NCBI GenBank assembly: GCA_944389175.1
Contig: CALXLK010000005.1
Location: 10,848 to 74,847, forward strand
Direction: 5' to 3'
DNA length: 64,000 bases
DNA from: an uncultured Opitutales bacterium
GTDB lineage: Bacteria; Verrucomicrobiota; Verrucomicrobiia; Opitutales; Intestinicryptomonadaceae
Position numbers and translations under genes: made by a program. Below the pieces are notes generated by a model. That model had not been told where the DNA came from, ran no database searches, and worked only from the letters and a program-made list of their open reading frames with translations. This document shows, in pieces, positions 9,456-19,283 of the stretch (positions within the stretch are counted from its first letter, which is position 1; each line of letters starts with the position of its first letter).

Positions 9456-10161
9456 AAATGCGGAAAATTCCGGGGCGGCAGCGCCCGTGCTTGAGGCCGC
9501 GGGGATAAGGAAGTCTTTCGCATCCCCGGACGGTTCGTCCATAGAGATTCTCAAAGGCGCATCGCTCAGGGTAAACGAGGGGGAAAGCGTGGCCCTGCGA
9601 GGCGAAAGCGGAGCGGGAAAAACGACGTTTATGAACATACTCTCAGGATTTGAAAACCCCACGTCGGGGGAGGTCCGCTGGGCTGGAAAGAGAATCGACG
9701 GTCTGTCGAATTCTGCCCAAGCGCGGCTGAGGGCGGGCTTCATGGGATTTGTCTTTCAGCAGTATTGCCTGCTGCCGGAGCTTACCGCCCTTGAAAACGT
9801 CGAGCTTTCAAGCAGAATTTTGGGTAGATTCGACAGGCGCGCCAAATCGAAGGCGAAAGAGCTGCTTGAGCGCGTCGGGCTAAAGGATAGAATAAACTAT
9901 ATGCCATACAAGCTTAGCGGCGGTGAAAAACAGCGGGTGGCCATAGCCAGGGCGGTTATGAACTCGCCAAAGGTGCTCCTCGCCGACGAACCTACGGGGA
10001 ATCTCGACGAAGATACGGCAAAAAACGTAATGGAAATGATGCTTGGCCTATGCAGGGAAAACAAGGCCGCCTTGATGTTGATAACCCACAATATAGATTT
10101 TGCAAAAATGACGGATAAAGAAGTATTTCTATCACAGGGAGAAATAACTGAAATCCGTTAA
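9448..10161 (+). CDS. ABC transporter ATP-binding protein, LolD/MacB-like
   Basis: Walker [13 protein letters not shown] signature LSGGEKQR, Walker [12 protein letters not shown]. Confidence 0.9.
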   Translation: MSENAENSGAAAPVLEAAGIRKSFASPDGSSIEILKGASLRVNEGESVALRGESGAGKTTFMNILSGFENPTSGEVRWAGKRIDGLSNSAQARLRAGFMGFVFQQYCLLPELTALENVELSSRILGRFDRRAKSKAKELLERVGLKDRINYMPYKLSGGEKQRVAIARAVMNSPKVLLADEPTGNLDEDTAKNVMEMMLGLCRENKAALMLITHNIDFAKMTDKEVFLSQGEITEIR

Positions 10162-10313
10162 AAAATTGCTTGATAAAGGCCTGCCGGAGCGTAGTCTCCG
10201 AGTTGATTTGACGTTCGACATTCTGTCGGGGCGCGCCGCCTCTGTTGCGTTATTTTTTTGCGATAAGGCGGTTGGGAAGCTGCGATAAAATGCCCGCGCG
10301 GGGCTAAAACGTG

Positions 10314-10342
10314 TTGACAATGACGCCCCTGCGTGAAAAAAT
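10314..10342 (+). promoter_or_regulatory. candidate promoter of the mce-mmd-scpC operon
   Basis: Perfect TTGACA (10314-10319), 17-nt spacer, AAAAAT (10337-10342). Lies upstream of ATG 10374. Confidence 0.35.
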
Positions 10343-10373
10343 GCGTGAATATTTCACAGAAAGGATAGGTATC

Positions 10374-10775
10374 ATGATTGGAAAAATCGACCATATTGGC
10401 ATAGCAGTTAAATCTCTCGATGAAGCTGTAAAGTATTACGAAAACGCTCTGGGCTTGAAATGCGAAGGCATTGAAGAGGTCGCAGACCAGAAGGTGAAGA
10501 CGGCGTTCTTCAACGTCGGCGGCACGCATGTGGAACTTTTGGAGCCCACGTCGGCAGACAGCCCGATTGCCAAATACCTGGAAAAGAATCCCAGGGGCGG
10601 AATCCACCATGTGGCCTTCAACAGCAACGACATAATCGCCGACCTGGCCAAGGCCAAGGACGCCGGCGTAATATTGTTGAACGAGACGCCCAAGATCGGC
10701 GCGCACTCCAAGAAGATAGCCTTCTTGCACCCGAAATCGACATTCGGCGTTCTCACTGAAATCTGCCAAGACTAA
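10374..10775 (+). CDS. mce: methylmalonyl-CoA epimerase
   Basis: VOC/glyoxalase fold with KIDHIGIAV, HVELLEP and GGIHHVAF. ATG 10374 is preceded by an AGGA RBS. The track start 10311 (GTG) falls inside the putative promoter. Confidence 0.88.
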   Translation: MIGKIDHIGIAVKSLDEAVKYYENALGLKCEGIEEVADQKVKTAFFNVGGTHVELLEPTSADSPIAKYLEKNPRGGIHHVAFNSNDIIADLAKAKDAGVILLNETPKIGAHSKKIAFLHPKSTFGVLTEICQD

Positions 10776-10799
10776 TTTTTAGCAAACGCAGGTAAGAAT

Positions 10800-12362
10800 A
10801 TGGCAATATCCAAGGAAAAGATGCAGGAGCTGGCGGAGCGCAGGGAAACGGCGCTCAACGCCGGCGGCAAAGAAAAAATCGAGGCGCGCCACCAGAAGGG
10901 TTTGCTATCGGCCCGCGAAAGGCTGATGGCATTCTTTGACGAGGGCTCGTTTCAGGAATTCGGCATGCACGTGCAGCACGACTGCCACAACTTCGGCATG
11001 GAGAAGAAGAAGCTCCCCACCGACGGCGTCGTGTGCGGAACCGGGTTGGTAAACGGCCGTCCGGTTGCGGCCTTCAGCCAGGATTTCACGGTATCGGGCG
11101 GATCTCTCGGAGCAAACCACGCGAAGAAGATTGTCGATATAATGCAGTTTGCCGCAAAGACGGGCATGCCCGTAGTGGGCGTCAACGACAGCGGCGGCGC
11201 GCGCATTCAGGAAGGCGTCGCTTCGCTTTCCGGGTATGCGCAGATATTCCGCGCCAATGTCGAAAACTCGGGCGTAATTCCGCAGATTTCAATCATAGCA
11301 GGCCCCTGCGCGGGCGGAGCAGCCTACAGCCCCGCGCTCATGGACTTCATCATAATGACCGAAAAGAACTCCGACTTGTTCATATGCGGCCCCCAGGTCA
11401 TCAAAGCCGCCATGGGCGAAGAGGCAACGCTTGATATGTTTGCAACCGCAAACGCCCACGCGACGGTATCGGGCAACATACACTTGGTGGCCCGCGACGA
11501 CAAGCACGCGCTTGAGCTGGCGGCCAAGCTGCTTTCCTACCTGCCCTCGAACAACATGCAGGAGCCCCCGCACGATTTGTCGCAGCCGGTGGTGATGGAC
11601 TACGATCCCGTTCTAAACGACATTGTCCCGCCGGACTCAAACACCGGGTACAACGTAAAGGACGTCATCTCGAGGCTCGTCGACGGCGGAGAATTCTTCG
11701 AAATACAGGAGCACTTTGCAAAGAACGTAGTTGTGGGTTTTGCCAGGATTCAGGGAGTTGTCATAGGCATCATAGCCAACCAGCCCAACTTCAAGGCCGG
11801 CTGCCTCGACATAGACGCCTCCGACAAGGCCGCCAGGTTCATACTCACTTGCAACGCGTACAACATTCCCATGCTTACGCTCGTGGACGTTCCCGGCTTC
11901 ATGCCCGGCTTGGCGCAGGAGCGAGGCGGCATAATCCGCCACGGTGCCAAAGTTCTCTACGCATATGCGGCCTCGACGGTTCCGATGATTTCGCTTGTGA
12001 TGCGCAAAGCCTACGGCGGCGCGTACATTGCAATGTGCTGCAAGGATCTCGGCGCAGACATGTCGTTTGCGTGGCCGACGGCCGAAATAGCCGTTATGGG
12101 CGCCAAGGGCGCAATAAACGTCCTTTACGGAAAAGAGCTCAAGAAAATTGAGGATCCCAAAGAAAAGGCGGAAACGGCGGCAAAATACAGGGCAGAATAC
12201 AGCGCAAAGTTTGAAAGCCCCTACCAGGCGGCGGGTCTGGGCAAGGTTACAGACGTAATAGAGCCCGCGCAGTCGCGCGGAGTGCTGGCGATGGCCTTTA
12301 GGGCTACGCTTTCAAAGCGCGCCGTCACGACGCCCAAGAAAAACGGCAACATGCCCGTCTAA
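10800..12362 (+). CDS. mmdA: methylmalonyl-CoA decarboxylase alpha subunit / carboxyltransferase (PccB-12S family)
   Basis: 520 aa. Carboxyltransferase motifs NDSGGARIQEGV and VDVPGFMPG. Operon context with BCCP and the Na+-pump beta subunit. Confidence 0.92.
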   Translation: MAISKEKMQELAERRETALNAGGKEKIEARHQKGLLSARERLMAFFDEGSFQEFGMHVQHDCHNFGMEKKKLPTDGVVCGTGLVNGRPVAAFSQDFTVSGGSLGANHAKKIVDIMQFAAKTGMPVVGVNDSGGARIQEGVASLSGYAQIFRANVENSGVIPQISIIAGPCAGGAAYSPALMDFIIMTEKNSDLFICGPQVIKAAMGEEATLDMFATANAHATVSGNIHLVARDDKHALELAAKLLSYLPSNNMQEPPHDLSQPVVMDYDPVLNDIVPPDSNTGYNVKDVISRLVDGGEFFEIQEHFAKNVVVGFARIQGVVIGIIANQPNFKAGCLDIDASDKAARFILTCNAYNIPMLTLVDVPGFMPGLAQERGGIIRHGAKVLYAYAASTVPMISLVMRKAYGGAYIAMCCKDLGADMSFAWPTAEIAVMGAKGAINVLYGKELKKIEDPKEKAETAAKYRAEYSAKFESPYQAAGLGKVTDVIEPAQSRGVLAMAFRATLSKRAVTTPKKNGNMPV

Positions 12363-12379
12363 AAAAGGAAGGCAATACG

Positions 12380-12820
12380 ATGCACTTAATGGCAGTTATT
12401 CCGCTAAGGCCGGAGATGGAAGACATAATATCGTTTTCCATGTCGGGCTTTCTACTGGTGATGATTGTCTTGGCGCTATTGTCGACGATGACGTCGATAA
12501 TAGGCCAGGCATTCATCTTTGCCGACAAGGCAAAGGCCGCGAAAGCCAAAGCAAAGGCCTCCCCTGCGGAAGCGGCGCCCAAGGGGGTATCCGACGACCA
12601 CGCCAGGGTAATAGCCGCGGCAGTGGCCTCGGTCATGCCCGAATTGGAAAACGACTCCGCCAAACTCGTCGCGGTGCTTTCGGCCGCAGCGGCCGTGGCC
12701 CTCGACGAAGAATGCAGGGTTGTAAACTACAAGCCAATATCGGGAGAATTTTCCAAGTTCGGCAGGGAGCAAATCTTTGCCTCGCACAATTACACACCAA
12801 GCAAATTTAACAACAAATAA
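12380..12820 (+). CDS. OadG/MmdD-family small membrane subunit of the Na+-translocating decarboxylase
   Basis: Single N-terminal TM (FSMSGFLLVMIVLALLSTM) followed by an Ala/Lys-rich linker. AGGAAGG RBS 8 nt upstream. Position between mmdA and the BCCP gene matches mmd/oad operons. Confidence 0.6.
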   Translation: MHLMAVIPLRPEMEDIISFSMSGFLLVMIVLALLSTMTSIIGQAFIFADKAKAAKAKAKASPAEAAPKGVSDDHARVIAAAVASVMPELENDSAKLVAVLSAAAAVALDEECRVVNYKPISGEFSKFGREQIFASHNYTPSKFNNK

Positions 12821-12839
12821 CGGATAGGTAAAAATATTT

Positions 12840-13232
12840 ATGAAAAAATTACGCATTACAGTTGACGGTAAAACGTACGAAGTTGAAGTGGAAATTCTCG
12901 GTTCGAGAATTTCGTCGGTAGCCCCTGTTGCTCCCGCTGTTGCAGCGCCGGCTCCGGTGGTAGCCCCGGCGGCTCCGGCTCCGGCGGCAAAGCCCGCAGT
13001 GGCGGCGGCCAAGGCCCAGGCAGGCGACGTGGCATGCCCCCTGGCGGCGACGATTGTCAACGTTGCAGTTAAGGAAGGCCAGCAGGTTAAGGCGGGCGAT
13101 CTCTTGGTGATGCTTGAGGCCATGAAGATGAACACACCCGTAAACGCAGTCGTCGACGGCACCGTCACGAAAGTCTACGTATCGGCCGGCCAGAGCGTAC
13201 AGGAAGGCGAACCGCTGGTAGCTCTCTCATAA
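12840..13232 (+). CDS. mmdC: biotin carboxyl carrier protein subunit
   Basis: C-terminal biotinyl domain with EAMKM biotinylation motif ([10 protein letters not shown]), preceded by an Ala/Pro-rich linker. Confidence 0.9.
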   Translation: MKKLRITVDGKTYEVEVEILGSRISSVAPVAPAVAAPAPVVAPAAPAPAAKPAVAAAKAQAGDVACPLAATIVNVAVKEGQQVKAGDLLVMLEAMKMNTPVNAVVDGTVTKVYVSAGQSVQEGEPLVALS

Positions 13233-13271
13233 TCGCCGCCGATATTTCGGCGCGCCAACTTAACGCAAACC

Positions 13272-14852
13272 ATGTTAAACAGTTTAAAAGAACTATTCTT
13301 CGAGACGGGTTTTTGCTACGTAGATTGGCGAATGCTTGTTATGTGGATGGTGGTCGCGGTTCTGATGTATTTGGCCGTGTACCGCCAGTACGAACCGCTG
13401 CTGCTGGTTCCCATAGCATTCGGCGCGCTAATAGCAAATCTCCCGACCGAAGGAGTAATAAACAAGCCCGCCACGTACCTGATTTCGCCTGTCGACGGCA
13501 TAGTCAACCAGGTGTACGTAAAAGAGGGCGATTCGGCTTTCGTGCCGCGAATGGTCAAGCAAATTCCCACGAGGATTGCAGACGTAGTCAAGACTGCGGA
13601 GTCGGCGCAGGCCGACATTCAGTCGTACTTGAACTTCGTCGAGGATATGACCTCCAAGAGCGCGCGCGAAGACGTCTTTAAAAAGGCAAAGGGCGTTCCG
13701 GACCTCATGGCCTTCGTCTCCCCGGGGACATTCACTCCGAAGAGGGACGCCGAAAAGGCTATTCAGGGGAAGAAGTTCCTAGTCAAATTCAAAGGCAAGG
13801 AAACGGTGGTTGACGCCTCTTCCATGTTCGTGTGGGCCCAGTCGTCGGGCAAGGTAACCGAAGTCGCGGCGAAAGCCGGAGACAAGGTTCTGACCGGCAC
13901 AAAGATGATAGACGTCTACAGCGCGCGAACCGGAGGCCTGTACTACTATCTGCAGATGGGCGTTCTTCTGGAATTGTTCCCGCCGCTAATATTCTTGGGC
14001 GTGGGAGCGTTGACAGACTTCGGGCCGCTAATTGCAAATCCTAAGACGCTGCTTCTAGGCGGCGCGGCGCAGTTTGGCGTATTTGCCACGCTCATGGGGG
14101 CTCTGGCTCTTGGATTCACCTCGCCCGAAGCAGCATCGATAGGCATTATCGGAGGCGCCGACGGCCCGACGTCTATATTCACGACGAACAAACTGGCCCC
14201 GCACCTGCTGGCGCCAATAGCGGTGGCAGCTTACAGCTATATGGCGCTCGTCCCGATTATCCAGCCGCCGCTTATGCGAATGCTGACGACAATGAAAGAG
14301 CGCAAGATAAAGATGAAGAGCCTGCGTAAAGTCACAAAGCTTGAAAAGTTGATCTTTGCGCTTGTAGTGGCCATAGCCTGCATACTTCTGACGCCCGACG
14401 TATCGGCGCTTATCTGCATGCTGATGCTGGGCAACTTCCTCAAGGAAAGCGGAGTCTGCGATAGGCTCACAAAAGCCGCACAGAACGAGGTAATCAACGT
14501 GGTGACCATCTTCCTTGGAACGTCGGTTGGCATAACCATGACAGGCGACAGGTTCATCAGAACGGAGACGATTTTCATTCTGCTTCTCGGCGTTGTGGCC
14601 TTTGGCTTCTCGACGATAGCAGGTGTTCTGATGGCAAAGGGAATGAACTTGTTCCTCAAGGAAAAGATAAATCCGCTAATCGGCTCGGCCGGCGTTTCGG
14701 CGGTGCCGATGGCAGCCCGCGTGTCGCAGGTTGAGGGCGCGAAAGCCGACCCGTCAAACTTCCTGCTCATGCACGCCATGGGCCCGAATGTTGCCGGTGT
14801 TATAGGCACGGCGCTGGTGGCGGGTTACTTCATAGCAACCCTGGGGCATTAA
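13272..14852 (+). CDS. mmdB: Na+-translocating decarboxylase beta subunit (OadB/MmdB/GcdB family) with enlarged loop
   Basis: Family motifs [57 protein letters not shown] and [15 protein letters not shown]. At 526 aa it is longer than the 433-aa Klebsiella OadB as I recall it. Confidence 0.9.
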   Translation: MLNSLKELFFETGFCYVDWRMLVMWMVVAVLMYLAVYRQYEPLLLVPIAFGALIANLPTEGVINKPATYLISPVDGIVNQVYVKEGDSAFVPRMVKQIPTRIADVVKTAESAQADIQSYLNFVEDMTSKSAREDVFKKAKGVPDLMAFVSPGTFTPKRDAEKAIQGKKFLVKFKGKETVVDASSMFVWAQSSGKVTEVAAKAGDKVLTGTKMIDVYSARTGGLYYYLQMGVLLELFPPLIFLGVGALTDFGPLIANPKTLLLGGAAQFGVFATLMGALALGFTSPEAASIGIIGGADGPTSIFTTNKLAPHLLAPIAVAAYSYMALVPIIQPPLMRMLTTMKERKIKMKSLRKVTKLEKLIFALVVAIACILLTPDVSALICMLMLGNFLKESGVCDRLTKAAQNEVINVVTIFLGTSVGITMTGDRFIRTETIFILLLGVVAFGFSTIAGVLMAKGMNLFLKEKINPLIGSAGVSAVPMAARVSQVEGAKADPSNFLLMHAMGPNVAGVIGTALVAGYFIATLGH

Positions 14853-14873
14853 AAAAAATAAATACAAAAGGAA

Positions 14874-14915
14874 ATTCGGCGACGTCGCCAGCTGGCGCGC
14901 GCCGAATACATTTTT
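14874..14915 (+). terminator. GC-rich hairpin plus short T tract between mmdB and scpC (possible attenuator or partial terminator)
   Basis: ATTCGGCG(14874-14881)...CGCCGAAT(14900-14907), an 8-bp stem with further inner pairing, then ACATTTTTA. Confidence 0.35.
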
Positions 14916-14933
14916 ATACGAAGAAAACATACA

Positions 14934-16415
14934 ATGAGCTACAACTACATTACAGCTGAAGAAGCAGCCAGCCTGATAAAAAACGGGCAGCAAATTGCCT
15001 TTAGCGGATTCACACCCGCGGGCGCTACAAAAGTAATTCCCTCGGCCATAGCCGCGAAGGCTGAACAAGAGCATGCCCAGGGCAGAGAATTCAAAATTGC
15101 CGTCGTCACCGGCGCGTCGTCGGGCGATCTCTGCGAAGGCGTTCTGGCCAGAGCCAAGGCGATAAGCTACAGGGCTCCGTACCAAACCAACGCCGATATC
15201 CGCAAGGCTGCAAACGCAAACGAAATCCGCTATACCGACCTGCACCTGTCCATGACGCCCCAGTACATGAACTACGGCTTCATGGGAAAATTCGACTGGG
15301 CCATAGTGGAAGCCGCCGACGTCAGCGACAACGGCGAAATATTGCTGACGACGTCTGTGGGCATCTCCCCGACGGGCCTAAAGCTCGCCGACAAAATACT
15401 AATAGAGCTTAATGCCCACCAATCGAAGGGGCTCTACGGCATCCACGACATATACGAGACGGCAAACCCGCCGCTGCGCCGCGAAATTCCGATTTATGCA
15501 GCCGGCGACAGAATCGGCTCTCCGGTGGTGAAGGTCGACCCGAAAAAGATTGTCGGCATAGTCAAGACAGACATGCCCGACCAGGTTGCCCCGTTTAAGC
15601 CCAGCGATCCGGTAACGCAGAAGATTGGCCAAAACGTAGCCGATTTCCTGGCCGCCGAAGTCAAGGCCGGCAGAATTCCCCAGTGCTTCCTTCCGATTCA
15701 AAGCGGCGTAGGCAACATCGCAAACGCAGTTTTGGGCGCTCTCGGAGAAAACCCGGACATTCCGCAGTTCTGCATGTACTCGGAAGTGCTGCAAGACTCC
15801 GTCATCGAATTGATAGAGCACGGGCACATAAAGTGCGCCTCGGCCACGTCGCTTACGTGCACGGCCGGGAAGATCGACGAAGTTTACCAAAATATAGACT
15901 TTTTCAAGGATAAGCTCGTTCTCCGCCCGCAGGAGATATCGAACAGCCCCGAGGTTGCCCGCAGAATAGGCGTGATATCAATGAACACGGCAATCGAGGT
16001 CGACCTGTCCGGCAACGTCAACAGCTCGCATATCATGGGGCAGAAGATAATGAACGGCATAGGCGGCTCGGGAGACTTCACGAGGGCGGCGTACCTGTCT
16101 ATATATACGTGTCCTTCGGTTGCCAAGGGCGGCCTGATTAGCGCGATAGTTCCGAATGTTTCGCACTGCGACCACACCGAACACAGCGTAAACGTCATAG
16201 TCACCGAAAATGGCGTTGCCGACCTGAGGGGCAAGACCCCCGTGGAAAGGGCCCACCTCATAATAGAGAAGTGCGCCGGCGAAGACTATAAGCCCCTGTT
16301 GCGCGACTTCCTAAAGGCCGTGCCCTGCGGCCACACTCCGCAGACTCTGGCAAAAGCGTACGCCATGCACGAGGCGTTCGTGCAACAAGGCGATATGCGC
16401 CTGGCAAAGTTCTAA
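14934..16415 (+). CDS. scpC: succinate/propionate CoA-transferase (acetyl-CoA hydrolase/transferase family, ScpC/YgfH-like)
   Basis: 493 aa. N-terminus ITAEEAASLIKNGQQIAFSGFTPAGATK and overall length fit the AcetylCoA_hydro/transferase family. Last gene of the mmd operon. Confidence 0.85.
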   Translation: MSYNYITAEEAASLIKNGQQIAFSGFTPAGATKVIPSAIAAKAEQEHAQGREFKIAVVTGASSGDLCEGVLARAKAISYRAPYQTNADIRKAANANEIRYTDLHLSMTPQYMNYGFMGKFDWAIVEAADVSDNGEILLTTSVGISPTGLKLADKILIELNAHQSKGLYGIHDIYETANPPLRREIPIYAAGDRIGSPVVKVDPKKIVGIVKTDMPDQVAPFKPSDPVTQKIGQNVADFLAAEVKAGRIPQCFLPIQSGVGNIANAVLGALGENPDIPQFCMYSEVLQDSVIELIEHGHIKCASATSLTCTAGKIDEVYQNIDFFKDKLVLRPQEISNSPEVARRIGVISMNTAIEVDLSGNVNSSHIMGQKIMNGIGGSGDFTRAAYLSIYTCPSVAKGGLISAIVPNVSHCDHTEHSVNVIVTENGVADLRGKTPVERAHLIIEKCAGEDYKPLLRDFLKAVPCGHTPQTLAKAYAMHEAFVQQGDMRLAKF

Positions 16416-16432
16416 TAGTTGCCAATTAAAAG

Positions 16433-16458
16433 GCCGCCCATACGGGCGGCTTTTTTTA
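16433..16458 (+). terminator. intrinsic terminator after scpC
   Basis: GGCCGCCC-ATAC-GGGCGGC followed by T7. Confidence 0.8.
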
Positions 16459-16611
16459 TGCGTTTCTATTTCCTTTTTTCCCACGTATTCTCATTTCCCG
16501 CATCATAAAACGGATAAAGGCCCACTCAATAAAAATTGGGGCAAAATATAAGAGCAAAAGCGCCCCACCAGCCGATAAAAATGGACGTATCCCGCACTGA
16601 GCATATGGGAA

Positions 16612-16730
16612 GCGGCGGTGTGTATGTTGGAAGAGTAAAAAAAAGAAAAATAAAAGAGGCGCTCATTACTAATTAAGCCCCGTGAGAGTGCAACTGACAT
16701 GGCTTGTTTTTCAAAATTTCTCTTAAGGTA
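16612..16730. repeat. purine-rich intergenic repeat family, copy A (most degenerate)
   Basis: GCGGCGGTGTGTATGTTGGAAGAGTAAAAAAAAGAAAAATAAAAGAGG aligns with the GCGGCG..GTGTGTATG plus purine-tract core of copies B and D. Confidence 0.45.
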
Positions 16731-16914
16731 TAAAAATTTTTCTGATAACCATACCGCCGGTTCTTAAGACATTTTCATACGCTCCATTAACCCCCAGTGA
16801 AAAGTTTTTTTATCCGCAGACGCTACTTTTCGATGCAATAAAAAAGCAAATGGACGCACATGCTAAAGACAATGCGCAAAAGCGCGGCAAAGAAACCGCA
16901 TAGGCGCCCTAATA

Positions 16915-16972
16915 AAACAATAAAAAGCCCCTCCCTTTTTTGCGGAAATGCGGCCGCGCGAAGGGAGAGGGG
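16915..16972 (-). terminator. intrinsic terminator downstream of the 17-kb FAD oxidoreductase gene
   Basis: Arms CCCCTCCCTT (16928-16937) and AAGGGAGAGGGG (16961-16972) form about 10 bp with a 2-nt bulge. The minus strand continues CTTTTTATTGTTTTATT. Confidence 0.55.
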
Positions 16973-17015
16973 ATGGAAAAAAAAAGAAAAAAAAGATCAA
17001 ATCGGCGGGGGGCGT

Positions 17016-18944
17016 CTAATACGCCCTTACCTCGAATATGGAAGCGTATTCCGAGCCGTTGGTCGCAAGGCACTTTACCATAAGCGCCTTGGCCTCCGTC
17101 GCGTCAAAATCGGCTATTACCAATTTCTGGTAATTGCCGCGCACTTCCTTTAGCGTCTTTTCGGAACCGTCCGGCAAGACGGCGACTATGTCAAAATCGC
17201 GCAAAGTCTCGGGCTGTGGAGCGTGAATCATCGCCTTGACAAACGACACCTGGGAGGTCTGCGTTATCATCCTGCAGCCGGTATCCAAATTTAGGCGCAC
17301 CTGCGAAATGCAAACGGGCTTTTCCCACGAGAGCTCAAGAACGGGCTTCTCGTCGATGGGGGCAAGCCACTTGTTATCGTTGCGGTCCTTGAAATCATAC
17401 GCCACGCCGTTTAAGACGTTGGAAGCTGACGTGCCAAGCGCGGAAGAAACATTCGAGACAGCCTTTGCCTTGCGCGCCAAGTCGGCCTCGTCCTCATTTT
17501 TAAACCCGACGACGATATTGCCGTCTTTGATGAGCTTCTGGCGCAGGCGCGAAAGCGCGGCTGCGTCTTTGTCAAGCTGTCTCGCCGTCATGTTTTCTCT
17601 CGCGCACATCGCCGCCGCATTGCCGACGACCTCTCCGGCAAGAGCGCCGGTATTCATGACTCTTGTGGACGTGAAGGCTATGTGGCTTGTATTCATGTTG
17701 CGCCCGGCCATCATGAGATTGTCGATATCGCAGGAATACATCGTGCTGAAGGGCAGATTGTAAAACGGCGTCTTGCCCCCGTATATGGAGGGCTTGCCTT
17801 TGAAATAAAAACCGTCGGAGGGCTGGTCCTCCATGGGCCAGCCGACTGTTATTATTTGATCGGGCCTGTCCTTCCACTTGCCGTCTATGTCGTGCTGGGT
17901 AAAAATGTCGTAGCCCTTGATCCTGTTTGTGTCGCGGCGGGCCGGGAACATGGCGACAAAGTCGAGGTCGAGATTCTTAGTCTGCGGATACTTGCCGCTA
18001 TTTTTTAGATATCCCCAAACTCCCAACAATATCGAAAGCAACTCGCGGCGGATTATCTCGGTATCGTGGATTATATCAAGCTTGCCGCCGAAAGATATAA
18101 ACCAATAGCCGTAGAGAAAATCGCTGGGCTCCCTAAACTTGAGGTTTTCCTCGGTTATCTTGTGCGCCCACGACGGCGGGGTAAACTTTACCTGGCAACC
18201 GGCGTCGTGTGAGGTAAACATCATCGAACAGCAGAGGTGGTCGCCCTTGGTAAACACGCCCGCCAGACTCTCGCCGTACTTTTCCGGACCGTCGCGCCCC
18301 GACATCACCTCGGCGCCGGCCTCGAGCCCAAGGCGGCAGTCGCCGGTGCAATCTATGAACTGCTTCGCCGAAATTATATAGTTTGTCAAAGACATATCGC
18401 AGCGGGCGTAGGCGCGCGTTATCTTTCTGTCGCAGACGTCGGCCCCGTAGACGGTGGTGTCCAGCAGCAATGTTATGTTTTCCTCGCAGCGGATTTTGTC
18501 GTAAAGCATCACGTCCCATACGACCCAGCTCAACTGCGTGTTTTCCACTATGTTTTTAAGCTTCAGCTCCTCGAGTATTCCGCTTTCCCTAAAGCCCACC
18601 TTGTTCGAGTCTATGCCGAGGGCGTGCATTCTGACTTCCGAGCTCGAATTGCCGCCCAGGCGCGACCTGTTCTGCACGAGCACGACCTTAGCGCCGCTCC
18701 TGGCCGCCGCCAAAGACGCGCAAACCCCCGTAAGCCCGCCGCCTGCCACGAGAACGTCGCAGTCCAACTTTACATTCTGCATAGTGCTCTGCCCGAACGT
18801 AGGTTCGCAGCCGCGCTTCTGGCCCGCAGCGTCCGCCTTTTTACAGCACTCCCCAACGCCCGCCGAAGGCTCGTCGACGCTTACCATCAGCGAGTATCCC
18901 AGCAGCCCCATAGCCGCAGTGCTTAAAAATTCCCTGTCTTTCAT
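17016..18944 (-). CDS. FAD-dependent oxidoreductase with C-terminal beta-sandwich-like domain (paralog of 55075-57009)
   Basis: Rossmann dinucleotide motif VLVAGGGLTGVCASLAAARSGAKVVLVQNRSRLGGN. Collinear similarity to the 55-kb paralog over the full length. The N-terminal signal-like region has DR instead of RR. Confidence 0.8.
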   Translation of the reverse strand: MKDREFLSTAAMGLLGYSLMVSVDEPSAGVGECCKKADAAGQKRGCEPTFGQSTMQNVKLDCDVLVAGGGLTGVCASLAAARSGAKVVLVQNRSRLGGNSSSEVRMHALGIDSNKVGFRESGILEELKLKNIVENTQLSWVVWDVMLYDKIRCEENITLLLDTTVYGADVCDRKITRAYARCDMSLTNYIISAKQFIDCTGDCRLGLEAGAEVMSGRDGPEKYGESLAGVFTKGDHLCCSMMFTSHDAGCQVKFTPPSWAHKITEENLKFREPSDFLYGYWFISFGGKLDIIHDTEIIRRELLSILLGVWGYLKNSGKYPQTKNLDLDFVAMFPARRDTNRIKGYDIFTQHDIDGKWKDRPDQIITVGWPMEDQPSDGFYFKGKPSIYGGKTPFYNLPFSTMYSCDIDNLMMAGRNMNTSHIAFTSTRVMNTGALAGEVVGNAAAMCARENMTARQLDKDAAALSRLRQKLIKDGNIVVGFKNEDEADLARKAKAVSNVSSALGTSASNVLNGVAYDFKDRNDNKWLAPIDEKPVLELSWEKPVCISQVRLNLDTGCRMITQTSQVSFVKAMIHAPQPETLRDFDIVAVLPDGSEKTLKEVRGNYQKLVIADFDATEAKALMVKCLATNGSEYASIFEVRAY

Positions 18945-18965
18945 GATGCGGTATTCCTTTCGTAT

Positions 18966-19280
18966 TTACAACGCCCCCGCCACAAACGACGGCAGTTTTA
19001 CGGGTTTATTCAACAATTTGTCCTCAGCAAGCTTCAAGAGCCACGGCTTATTGCATGAAATTGCGCGGGCTATCAAAACTTTCCCCGATTCGACGTCGCG
19101 AATTTCAAACTTGTCAATGCTAAACTCTATGCGCGAATCCTCGCCGGCGAGAGTCGCGCCGATTTTTAAATAGCAGTCCTGAGTGTTTAAATCTGCGGTA
19201 AAGTCGTTCGACTGCAGATATGCGCCGTATTTGTTGCGCACGTAGCCCTCGAGAGCCGCCGATCTGATTTTGTCCAACAT
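18966..19280 (-). CDS. hypothetical protein (104 aa)
   Basis: Tightly packed between the djlA-like gene (3-nt gap) and the FAD oxidoreductase gene (21-nt gap). No recognisable motif. Confidence 0.5.
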   Translation of the reverse strand: MLDKIRSAALEGYVRNKYGAYLQSNDFTADLNTQDCYLKIGATLAGEDSRIEFSIDKFEIRDVESGKVLIARAISCNKPWLLKLAEDKLLNKPVKLPSFVAGAL

Positions 19281-19283
19281 ATA

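Noticed and set aside
12918-13026. Repetitive GCN/CCN-rich DNA (Ala/Pro repeats) inside the BCCP gene
   Set aside because: It encodes the flexible Ala/Pro linker typical of biotin carboxyl carrier proteins. It is in frame and flanked by conserved domains. It is not a CRISPR array or a non-coding repeat.
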